Source: Lama glama (lineage: Eukaryota). From it: 64,000 nucleotides of DNA. The stretch is taken from positions 98,892,001 through 98,956,000 of the forward strand of contig CM052816.1 in NCBI GenBank assembly GCA_028534125.1, given 5' to 3'. A program made the translations under genes and the position numbers. Below are positions 49,145 through 60,502 of this stretch, piece by piece. The notes under the pieces were generated by a model. It saw nothing but the letters and a program-made list of their open reading frames with translations. It was not told where the DNA came from and did no database searches. Within the stretch, counting starts at the first letter, position 1; each line of letters starts with the position of its first letter.

Positions 49145-50010
49145 TTTATATTAAATTGAAGTCTAGTTGACTTGCAACGTTGTGTTAGTTTCTGGTGTGC
49201 ACCATAGTGATTCCGTTATGTATATATTCTTTTTCGTATTCTTTTTCATTATAAGTTATTACAAGCTACTGGATATGGCTCCCTGTGTGAAACAATAGGG
49301 ACTTGTTTATCTATTCTGTGTATACTAGTTTGTATCTGTTAATTCTGTTAATCTCAAACTCTCAATTTATCCCCACCCCTTCCCACCCATATATATGTTT
49401 TTTATGTCTGTGAATATCTTTCTGTTTTGTAAATTAGCTCACTTGTGCCACTTATTAAGATTCCACATATAGGTGATAGTATATGATATTTGTCTTTCTC
49501 TGTCTGACTTACTTCGCTTAGTATGATCATCTCTGGGTCGATTCATGTTGCTGCAGATGGCATTATTTCATTCTTTTTTATGACTAATATTCCATTGTGT
49601 GTGCATATATATATACACACAGACACACACCAATATATGTATATATGTATATATACCCCACCTCTTCTTTATCCAGTCATCTGTCCATGGACATTCTGGT
49701 TGCTTCTGTGTCTTGGCTGTTGTAAATAGTGCTGCTATGAACATTGGGGTGCATTCATCTTCTGGAGTTAGAGTTTCCAACAGATATATGCCCAGGAGTG
49801 GGATTGCTGGATCATACGGTAAGTCTACTTTTAGTTTTTTAAGGAACCTCCATACTGTTCTCCATAATGGCCGCACCAGACTACATTCCCACCAGCAGTG
49901 TAGGAGGGCTCCCTTTTCCCCACACCGTCTCCCGCATTTATTATTTGCACACTTTTGATGATGGCCGTTCTGACTGGTGTGAGGTGATACCTCAGTGTGG
50001 GTTTGATTTG
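49145..50010 (-). mobile_element. L1 3' portion including the ORF2 C-terminus
   Basis: ORF 49568-50071 encodes [47 protein letters not shown]...[11 protein letters not shown], the L1 ORF2 cysteine-rich region. It is followed by a cetartiodactyl-type 3' UTR. Confidence 0.95.
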
Positions 50011-51949
50011 GGAGCTCTGCTCTTCTCACAGTCTCTTGGAGAAGTAGAACTCTGTAATAATTACAGTGCATCTATTTTGCTGATTCTGAATTCAGTGATA
50101 GGATGAAAGCCTGAACACAGTACGTTCAGGAAATGGGTTACATTCAGGAAAGGACAAGTCACCAGGCACAGATGAACCGCAGAGGACGAGCTGACATAGC
50201 GAAGTGAAATGTGGTCATCTGAACACAGACGTATTTTTAGCAGGCTCTAAAATAGATACCAACCATGTTTCAAATTCCTGGTGAATCTTCATCAACTATT
50301 TGAACTATGTACAATTTAAAATGTTTTCGTAAAAATTTCAGAACACACTGACACATGGCCATTCATAGTTACATCTCTACCTAGCAGACATCTGTGGGCG
50401 AGCGTGTATATAAGGTTGTGGTCACTCTGATTGTATAGAAGCCACGCAGACCCAGCGGGGCTGACAGACTCAGAGCCACTTCCTTTAGCACAAGTGCCGC
50501 TTCGGGAACCCTGCTTGGCAGGGGCCCAAGTCAGGGTGAAGGGACCGTGGTTGTCTCAGAAGCAGAATGCATCCTGCTGTTTCGCTGTCTTGGATTACAT
50601 GAATCCCTGGGTGACGGACAAATTTAGAATGCATTTGTAACTCGAGTTCATTGTAAGATACAAATTGGTCACTGAACTTTCCCAGTGGGCATAATTCCAC
50701 TGAAGTATGGGAATTTACAATTACAATCTTTTATAGACTGATCGCTTTTCTCAAGAGTATTTGAAGTTCAAGCTCAGAACCTTGGATTATCCAATTTTCC
50801 ATCCACAGAGTGGAATTCTATAATAACCCCTTAGACGTCCATTTCCCAGGCTTCTGTGTCTGCCCAGCCGAGGTCTGAGTGAGAGTCCCGTGCAGACATT
50901 TCAGAGATCAGCCCCTCACAGCGTTTCAAGTTCCCAGAGGTTTTAAGTGAGGCGAGAAAATTAATTTCTCATTTTTTCATATTTTTTCACACTTCTATTG
51001 AAAATTTTCATATTTTTATTGAAAAATCAATCCCATCACATATTTATTATCCATAAGAAGTAAGCCCTTTCTCCCCAACCTCACACACGGGTAGGTTTTA
51101 GCTGTGCTAATTCTGTTTTCCAGGGGCAGCCCCTCCAACCATGAGGAGAGGGCGGTGGCGCTTCGCGAGCACCTGGGCCCAGGAGCCCTCCATTCTGGGC
51201 CAAGAGGCACGGTCCCAGATGCTCTCGGGAAGGGCTCACTGATCTGATCTGACATTGACATTTACGGTTCATGAATGAACCGTAAAATATTCTTCATTAT
51301 CTCAGCCAAACCATGTTGGCTCTTTGGCCTTCTTACTGGTGTAAAATCTTGGGGTTGTGAGCTGCCTGATTCTGTGAGGCAATGTTTCCTTTTTATTGTA
51401 AACTTGTCTAATCAAGTTGAAAGTTGCTTCTGCATGCAATTGTTATGATTTCTCCATTTCTAGCTTCTCATTTTTCTTTCTTTTTACAGCTCACCTATTC
51501 GGAAAAGTAATTTGAGGTGATGAGCGCCTGGTTTTCAGCACAGACATTCTCTCCCTCTTTGGTCACTGGAGCGAGCTTCCCATCCCCCATTGTCATGGTA
51601 AACAATTCAGAGAAAGGCCATTAGCATAGTTACTAGCTAGACTTTTCTGTTAAAATAGGTACCATTGTGTGAGTTACTATAATTCATTACAAGGTACCTT
51701 GGAATGAAAAGCTAAACCAAGTTTTGTAAGTGGAATTTAGCGGAAAATTGGTCTGAAGTTCACAGAACTATTAAAAAAGAAGAATTTGTTTCCTCACCGA
51801 AGCAAAGTTCAGATATGTATTCTTTCGACGACTCAGCAGATAGCTTTGACCACCTGCTAGGACCCCCTCGCCAGACTGGGAGAAGCATCTCAGGCCCCTG
51901 CTGAGGGCCAGCCCCTGTTCTCCGGAGCCCCTGCCCACGTTGCCCTTGC

Positions 51950-52098
51950 TTTTCTATCAGTCATTTACTACGGTTATTGGTTGTTTCCCTTGCTGGGCCA
52001 TAAACTCCCGGAGGCTTCTCTCCTCTCTTCACTGATGTTTCCTGGGTGCCTGGCAAGTTCCTGGCACACATTAGACACAGGCTGGTTGAATAAATGAT
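51950..52098 (+). mobile_element. L2 3' end
   Basis: ATAAACTCC...TTCACTGATGTTTCC...GTGCCTGGCAAGTTCCTGGCACA...GTTGAATAAATGA. Confidence 0.65.
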
Positions 52099-52104
52099 CA
52101 TTAT

Positions 52105-52262
52105 GCTAACTTATTTAATCTTTCCAACATCCTTTGTGGAAGAACTGCTGTCAGCCCATTTTATAGATGAGGAAATGGAGGCATAATAAGTACTTCGACT
52201 GATTTTCAAAGTCACACGGCCAGGAAGCTGTCAAGCTGGGGTTTGAACCGAGGTCATGACAC
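52105..52262 (-). mobile_element. MIR SINE
   Basis: TTATTTAATCTT...CCCATTTTATAGATGAGGAAATGGAGGCA...AAGTCACACGG...GCTGGGGTTTGAACC. Confidence 0.85.
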
Positions 52263-52654
52263 ATCTAGAGGCCTGTCTGTGAGCACTTTGGCAACTTGTC
52301 TGTGCTCCTCTGAGAACTGAGTGTCCGGGGGGTGTGACAGACCAGCCTCCTGGCCTCCTCAGCACAGTGGTCCAGTGAGAGAGGCAGCTGTTAAACCGTA
52401 ATCCCACAAACGTCTTTATGTGGAGGCCCTGGGGTCACCTGGCTTCGAGTCTCCTCTCTGGTGGGCGGCGTTCTACTTCCAGCTGGTCTACCCGCTGTGG
52501 CAACAGCTCCGTGTGGGTTTTTGTCAATCCCTTTGAGCGCGGTCAGGTGGGAAGCTGTGAGGATCAGAGCTGGTCTTAGAAAAAAGATCAGATCTGCAAC
52601 ATTTTGTGAAAAAAAGTAAGAATGTGAGAAAACCCAGGAAAAGTGAAGAGTGAC

Positions 52655-53133
52655 ACGTTCGTATTCTAGTGCCACATAACAGATCACAGCAAACTCAGTG
52701 GCTTCAAACAACAAATTCATTATCACAGATTTGGTGTCACCAGGCTGATCAGGGTGTCAGCAGGGCTGGTTCCCTTCTCCGGGCTCCTTGCCTTTTCTAG
52801 CTTCTAAGACTGGCTCTCAGTCCTTGACTCGCCGGCTGAGTAACTTAACTCTTCGTGGGAGGGGGAGCAGTGTGTCCGCCTCCTCCGCCATCTTGGAACC
52901 TCCCAAAGAGTAGCTTGTCTCTGATTCTGCCTCTCTTGTCTTTCTCTGGCCATACCTGTTCTTTGCTTTTCCAATTTGAGGGATTAAATTAGCCTCACTG
53001 GGACACTCCAAGAAAATCTTCCCGTCTTCTTCATGTTAATCTGCAAAGTACTTTTTAGCATGTGACATAGACTAGTTACAGGTTCTGGGACCTAAGATGC
53101 GCTCATCTTTGGGAACCACTCTTCTGCCTACAA
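52655..53133 (-). mobile_element. MaLR LTR (MLT1D/E-like) carrying a short internal insertion
   Basis: CATAACAGATCACAGCAAACTCAGTGGCTTCAAACAACA...GGTGTCAGCAGGGCTG...ACAGGTTCTGGGA...CATCTTTGGG...TTCTGCCTAC. Confidence 0.8.
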
Positions 53134-56051
53134 TATATGGCCTACAATATTTTAGCATTGTTTTCTGCCAGGAAATTAAAACAGTCCCCACAGCTTCAGG
53201 TTGAAGAATTTTCTGGGTAGTGGTGCGCTGATTAATGGAGGTCAAGAAGCCGATCAGGCGTGAAGGCTTATGAAAGAACGTTTCACTCATTCGTTTAGTC
53301 TGACAACCTCCTACCCACTCACAGAAACCCTGGGTTCAGCAGGACTATTTTGGAACAAATGTTACAAACACCAAGAAGCAGAGACGTAGACATGGAAGCT
53401 GTTTGTCAACTTTTTCTTTTATTATTTTTCAGTATATTTTCCCCTTTTGTTCTCTCACATTGCAACCATTCGCTACTTTCCCATCTCCCTCCATACCCTG
53501 TCAGCTTTCCCCCAAATCCAAGAGGGAGAAAGAAAGCCTGCACCACCCATACCTTCCAAAGTTTCCCAGAGGTCTGAGGGAACTGCTCCGACCAGTGTTT
53601 GCTGCTGTAACAGGCCTGATTCTCGCTGTGGTGGCAGGTTCCTGTAACCCCCCCAGTGACTCGTTTGGGATGTCCGTGAAAGATTAAAGTTTGGATTTTA
53701 ATTTAAAAAAAAGGTGGTGGCAGGAGTCCTGACGTGGTAGGCTTGTCCATGTCTGTGGTGTGAATATTCCTACTATATTTGCTTTTGTGTTCCTAGTGTT
53801 TAGGAAAAGAAGTTCAGAATTTTACTTGAACAGTGGGCTCTCATGAGATGGAGGATGTGGCTGCAGTCTTCGCCCGGGCCAACCAACCTTTCTCGGTCAC
53901 CTCAGTCTTTTCCTTTTCTCTGACTCTGACCCACTTGTCATCTGAATCGCACACATCATCCACCCGGAGAAAACATGCACTGTTCTCTAACGCCCGTACG
54001 AGTGCACTGGGTGTCTTCTGGCTGTCCCTGGACAGACCAGCTCTATCCTTCTGCACTGCTCTGTGCCCTGGGAATCCGTCTGTTTCTGAGCTGATTCAGT
54101 CAATAGGACATCGGAGGGAGGAAGGACATGGAGGTAGACATGTTTATTCTCTCCACAGTCTGGCCAATTCCTCCATCAAAATCTGCAGCTCCTGGCGGAA
54201 GCCCTTCTCCACACAAGTCTTCAGGGCTATTAAACTCTGCAGTCTTGGGAGTGGTGCACACACTAACTTAAAAGCTGCTGGTACGAGCTTTTCCACCCCA
54301 CCCCCCACACCTTTGTAAAAGTCCCCTCTTTAAACTATTCTAAATGTGGCCATTTTAAATATTCAGTCTCTTTCCTATCAAGACACATCCTGAGCCAACT
54401 CTGCCCTCATTTCTTGCTGCCTTCGCCTTGGATGACAGCTGTCTCACCCTGGAAGGTGGTTGTTGGGGTCTTGAAAACAGTGTCTTACTTTTTACAACTG
54501 TTTCTTCTGAGATGGCCACACTTTTATAACTGAAATACCAAAAGGTCACATTATAATCCTGACCCTGGACATTGAGTAATGACCTCCCACTGGCCTGGTG
54601 GAGGTTTATGATACAATATCTGCTCTAAAATAGAACGTCCTCCCTTGGGGTCCATGACCTGCACTTTTTTTTAACTTAACCGACAGCCTTCTTGCCTGTT
54701 CCTTGGGTTTTGCCCACCCCTCTGCTTTCTCTAGAAGGCCCCATCTGTGAAGATGATGCTTATATGTCCACCCTGAGCCCTGTCTTCTCGGGCAACCCCG
54801 GCCAGTGTGTCTAAGGCCCCACTTCTCATTACACTGTGAGTCCTGCAGCGTCTCAATTTCGAGGACCAACTCAATGTTCCCTGCCCAGTCCTGGCCCTTC
54901 CCCAGGTTTCCCCCTGGACCCCTGACAACATTTTTCCAGAATCACCTTTGAGTCCCCCGCCAACCCCCTCACCGCTTACTCCTCCTCCATCAAGACGTTC
55001 AGCAAATGGGTTATTCATTCTCAAGAATGTTCCATGTGTTAGGTCTGCCTTTCCATTCCCACCATCACCGCCCAGACCAGCATCTCGGCTGACCCTGAGC
55101 CCCTACTCCCCGCCCCTCCCATCCCCAGAACCGCACTCAGCTGTCCCCGATCTAACGTCCAGACACACCTTTCATCCCACGAAACACTTAAATGCCCAAA
55201 GGACAAAGTTACTCATTTCTTGAGAGATATTCAAAACTATGGGAGAAGAATTAAGTTGTAAAAACTTCATTTATCTGGCATCGGGTGTAAAGCAGGTGCT
55301 ATTTCTTTTTTGCTGTTATGTATACGCCTCTCACCAAGGAGGCCACCGGTGCTTTTTAGCCCTTGCGGAAACACTTCAGTTTCGCACATGTGGCTAGGCT
55401 GTCGCATTCAGCGGGGGCAGTTTTTGTTGTTAAGCAAGAGTCTGCTCTGTAAAAATTCAGAATGCTGTTGAGCTAAAGAGGAGACTGAGGACTCTCAGGG
55501 CCTCCTGCTCACAGAGGAAGTAAGAAAGCAGGTCAAGGGAGGGGTCCTTTGAATCAGGGACGCGCCCTTGGCCTGGGGGGGGGCAGTTAGGAAGGAGGGG
55601 GGTCTGTGAATTACCCCTTTTCCCATTGTGACACTAAGCTACAGTGATTGAGCGTGACTTCGCCAGCATCTCGACCAAACAGCAGCCCACTGGGGCTTTA
55701 TTTTGATCACGTAACACAAGGTCATAAAAGTCAGATGGAATTGCATATTTTTGTTTGATAAAATAGATCATAAAAATTATAGGTGAAACTTGAAGCGAAT
55801 ATAGAGGCAGGAGGGCTCCCCCCACCTAAGGATCCATGTCAGAGCCTCAGCTTTTAAGCTGCATTTGCCGTCTGCAGGCGGAAGCCAGGCCCGGTACACA
55901 GTAGCATCAGTCTTTCTGATGAGCTGCTTCTAAATATGCATGCAGTGACGGTGGCGTCGCGGGGCACAGCTCAGCAGCCGAGGGGAAATTTCCCTTGTCT
56001 TCCTCGGTCCATCTCAACTTCCCCCGAATTCTCAAATATATGTTCACATAT

Positions 56052-56322
56052 ATGTTATTAATATACAGTCAGTTTACAATGTTGTGTCAGTTTCTGGTGT
56101 ACAACAGCATCCTGTTTCAGTCATACATATACGTACATATATCCCTTTTCAGACTCTTTTTCTTTACAGGTCACTGCAAGATATTGAATATAGTTTACTG
56201 TGCTCTACAGTGGAAACCTGTTGCTTGTCTGTTTTATATACAGTGGTTAGTATCTGCAAATCTCCAACTCCCAATTTATCCCTCCCCACCCCCTCTCCCC
56301 GCTGGTAATCGTAAGTTTGTTT
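56052..56322 (-). mobile_element. Camelid-type L1 3' end (5'-truncated)
   Basis: TACAGTCAGTTTACAATGTTGTGTCAGTTTCTGGTGTACA...CAAGATATTGAATATAGTT...TAGTATCTGCAAATCTCCAACTCCCAATTTATCCCT. Confidence 0.9.
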
Positions 56323-57042
56323 CAGGTGTATATATTGGAAGCAATGTAAAGACAGTCAGAACAACCATATACTGGCAGGGCTCTAAGCCATAAAATGAGG
56401 TGGGATTTTTAACATGTAGGAAAAATCAAAAGGCAGTAAAAGTAACTTCGCATATTTGAGCATGAAATTTATGATTACTGCTCACCACTGGTTCCATCCT
56501 CTGTCCCTTACTGGGCTTTACAAGGAGGAAAGCAGCCCCCCCGCTCCACGCCCCTCCAGGGCTGAGTGGACACAGCCTGCGGCACGGTGCGCACGCTGAC
56601 CCTCAGCCAAGGAGCCGGCTGGTGGCCTGAGAGCAGAAGGGACCACTGCTCCAGCAAGTCCCGTCCCTGGTCTCTTCCTGGTTCAGCACTTGCTCACCAG
56701 CAGCGTCAGTGAGGGTCAGCCCTGGGACGTCAGTGAGGCGTGTCAGGTACGTAAATAAGTCACAACATTTCCCAGCCACGTGCAGACGTATCCTGGACCA
56801 GGAAGAAATGCTTTGTGCATTGGATACTTTTCCTAGGAGCCATCGTGAGCTACTTGCTAGCATGCAAAACTCAATTTACTTATAAAATAGTTAAACCAAT
56901 ATAAACCGTATCATTTTCAAGTCTATCCTTAAATTACTTGTTTATAAATGAAGGCAATCATTTGAATCTCAGAATTGTCTAAAAGATGCTGATACTTATA
57001 TTAATAAATCAAAACAACTTAAAATAACAGAATAGAAAAATA

Positions 57043-57116
57043 TTTTTTTTTTTAATGGAGGTACTAGGGGTTGAACCCAGGACCTTGTGCACGCTAAGCA
57101 TGTGCTCTACCACTGG
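57043..57116 (-). mobile_element. Vic-1-type SINE, 5'-truncated
   Basis: The reverse complement reads CAGTGGTAGAGCACATGCTTAGCGTGCACAAGGTCCTGGGTTCAACCCCTAGTACCTCCATT plus an A-tail. B box intact, A box clipped. Homologous to the copy at 12936. Confidence 0.9.
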
Positions 57117-58380
57117 GCCCTGAAAAACAGTTGTGACTTAAATTTTCTTTAAAATGTTTGCAATTTAGCTAAAGATTTATCGAATACCTGCTTGGGAGGC
57201 ATTGCTGTGTCTTGATGTGTCAAAGGACAAACGGATGAGTTAAAAAGCCGTTGCTCTTCATTAAATCCTAACGTGGGTGCTAAGTCACATGACGTAAAGA
57301 TGAGTGCTATGAGTGTCAGAGAGAGTGGAGTGAGAATGCTGTCGGACTGTTGAGTCAAAATCTTCATGGAACGTTTGCCACTGAGCCGCACTTGAACTAC
57401 CATGACGGTAGGAAGAGAAAACAGATTCCTCCTGGCCCAAGACAATAAGACTCAACACAAACAGGGGCTCTTCAGAAAACAGGTGAATTCTCGGCTCTTG
57501 GAAGAAATACTTTGAGTCAAAGTTGGAGAAACAAGAAAGCAAGAAGAAAAGTGTGACATAGACATCGGGGTGAGGGGAGGGGTAGGTGGGTGTTACTGCC
57601 TTCGATTCCAAAAAGCCCCGTTTTGTTAGATTTATGGCTTCATCCATCAGGATTCCATTTTATTAATTTCTGAGCAGAGTTTAATGAACACAGATACAGC
57701 AGTAATTTATACTTGGCTTATATTTTCCTTTGGTTATTTCCACAAGGGCACAAAATCACTTAGGGGAGAAGCAGTAAAAATGTGAACACAATTTATGGCA
57801 ACAGTGGGAGCATATATAGTAATTATTCTTTTCAAAACACAGCTAGAGAAGAGCTCCTAAAATTATTTTCCTTCTCCACATCGAGACTTTTATAAGAAAT
57901 TATTTTTCCCTCTTCTCCGAGAGGAGGATTTATTTTTTAGGCTTAAAGTAAATGTCAGATATGAAATTGGATTAGGGCGCATCACCTGACGCCGTGTAGT
58001 GATTCTGCATTCAGCTCGCATTTTGCACGTTGCTGGTCCCAGATTGAGCGCGGATGGCCTGTTGTGGCCAGACCGTGATTTTTGTTTTTTACCAGATGAT
58101 AAAGAATTAGTTCATCCTAAAGGAGCAGGAGAAGAGATTCCTTAGGCAGGAGTCTGACTTCAGTTGGGTTGCATCTTTGGAAGATAATTCTGGAGGCAGA
58201 CATGAGGAGCTGGTGAAAAAGCCATCAACAGCCAAAGGCAAAGGGACTGCCCTGTGGGACCATGTGCTGCCCAGGGGAGGTGCTGGAGCAGAAGGAGCAT
58301 AGCTGGCTATTTCCAAAGGTGGAACTCACAGGACTTTATTACCCAAAAAGGAAGCTACAGTAAAGAATCAGTGTATTTTT

Positions 58381-58759
58381 GACACATACACCCCAGTGTT
58401 CACAATAGCACAATTTACAATAACCAAGACATGGAAACAACCCAAATATCTATAGACAGATGATTAGATAAGGAAGATGTGGTGTATTTATACAATGGGA
58501 GACTACTCAGCCATAAAAAAGAATAAAATAATGCCATTTACAGCAACATGGATGGACCTGGAGATCGTCATTCTAAGTGAAGTAAGCCAGAAAGAGAAAG
58601 AAAAATTCCATATGATATCACTTATATATAGAATCTTAAAAAGGACACAAAAGGACTTAGCTACAAAAAAGAAACAGATTCACAGACATAAAGAACAAAC
58701 CTATGGTTACTGGGGGGCAAGGGGGTGGGAAGGGATAAATTGGGAAATCGAAATTTGCA
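58381..58759 (+). mobile_element. Camelid-type L1 ORF2 end and proximal 3' UTR, lacking its own 3' terminus
   Basis: ORF 58477 encodes MWCIYTMGDYSAIKKNKIMPFTATWMDLEIVILSEVSQ, the L1 ORF2 C-terminus. The UTR stops at GAAATTTGCA. Confidence 0.9.
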
Positions 58760-58910
58760 TCTCCTGGGGAGGGATGGAAATGTTAGCTGTCTTGATTGTG
58801 GCGGTGGTTTCAGTGGTGTAGACATCTATCAAAAATTCATCCACTGGTACATCTGAAATATGTGTAGTTTACTGTACAGGAACCAGATCATAATAAAGGT
58901 GTAAAAAAAT
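58760..58910 (+). mobile_element. Ancient L1 3' UTR (L1MB/L1ME-type)
   Basis: GATGGAAATGTT...TCTTGATTGTGGCGGTGGTT...TCAAAAATTCATC...TAATAAAG plus an A-tract. Confidence 0.75.
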
Positions 58911-60401
58911 TAGTGTCTTTCCTTTCTATTACAGTTTTGGAGAGTTAATTAGCAAATACTCATTGGATGTTATTAGCCATGATCCACTAGTACTAATTTA
59001 GCATCCTGACAGTAAGAAATGACAAGGCTCTTCATAATTTTCCTCTCATTCTCATGATATTGTTGACATTTGATCAGAGTGACAGACAGATGAAGCTAGG
59101 AACCCCCATAAATGCAGTCATTATGCATTATCAGCAACAGAGCAGCCTGGCTAAGTCAGGTCCCTCTGCTCTGAACACAAAGTGTCATCAGTGCACCCCC
59201 CCCTCCCCATCACCAGCAATGACCCCACACCACGGCCGCCGTCATTCTGATGTGCAGGTGAAGGGCCGGTTGATGGCGCATAAACCAAGAGAAGATAGGT
59301 TTCTGTAACCTAGAGACCTTCTTTATTTCTCTCTCTCGGCTCATGCGAGTATTTCAAGGTTTACATCAAGTCTCTCTCTCGAACGAGCCCCGCTTAACTC
59401 ACTTAATCACACGGACATTTTCTCCCACCTTTGACTCTTCTTGACATTTTATGAGTCAGCCAAAGAAAAGTTAAAGACTGTCAAGTAAGTATATAGTTTT
59501 TCATATAAACTCTTACTTTTAATAATCTGTGATGTATACCTTTTTAGCTAATTAGATCACTAGGAGTTCTGTGTTATGTGGTAACTGTACAAGCCAATTT
59601 TCAGTTTTACAGTGACTAGAAGTTGCTCTAAACTTCTAACAAGTGGAATGAGGAAACCACAGCTATGCTTAGTCTCAGATTTACTGACTAAATAATCAGG
59701 CAGTTTGCCTGAGTCAGCTAAAACCTAAAATGAAAAATTTATTAAAGTAGCTAATTAAAGGACAACATGGAAAAATAGTCTTTTGTACAACAGCGATTAT
59801 CTTAAAACATAATAAAGCATACATTAAATAATTTTAGAAGTTTAAAAAGCTAACTATCAATATATTATGGAAAAAAAGAAAAGCATGAATAAGGAACAGC
59901 TCTCAGGAGTGATGATTGCCACCTTGGCTTTAAGAAAAAGAGGCAGAAGAATCTCAAGAAGGAAAATGAAATGAGAGTCAAAGGAGTCTGGAGATTACGC
60001 TTGCCTCGACCGGTGTGGGGAAGGAAACATAGCTGCTCATGTGTAGAATCGTGCAGGGGCTGTGCGAGGGGCCGCAGGACGCCGCCTGTGAAACGAGGAC
60101 GCGCAACTGCAGCAAACAGCATCAGGGCGCTGGTGCGCGATGAATCCAGGGCAGCGGTTCACTGCCAGCGTCCTAATGAACCCAGAACCTCGGAAACCAG
60201 TAGGACGACGTATGGGAAAAGCTCTAAAGACATCTGAAGACTCTGAACTGTTCCAAGAACCTCTGAAGAATTTATGAAATGGAACCACTCCCCAGATGTG
60301 ATGAACTGTCACCCCACAGGGCTACCGATGATAGCGAGCAATTTGAAATATTCTAAATAGGTAACGTCAAAGGGAAGACAGAGCTTAACTGAGTCGGTTA
60401 A

Positions 60402-60502
60402 TTTATATAAAATATATAGTTAATATATATAATATGTAATTACTGTTTATTATGTATTATATACAATTAATTATATAATTGATATTAATAATGTATACAA
60501 TT
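60402..60502. repeat. AT-rich low-complexity (TA)n-like tract
   Basis: About 100 nt almost entirely A/T. Confidence 0.8.

Noticed and set aside
49568..50071. Cys/Trp-rich 167-aa ORF as a host gene
   Set aside because: It is the L1 ORF2 C-terminus inside a truncated L1.
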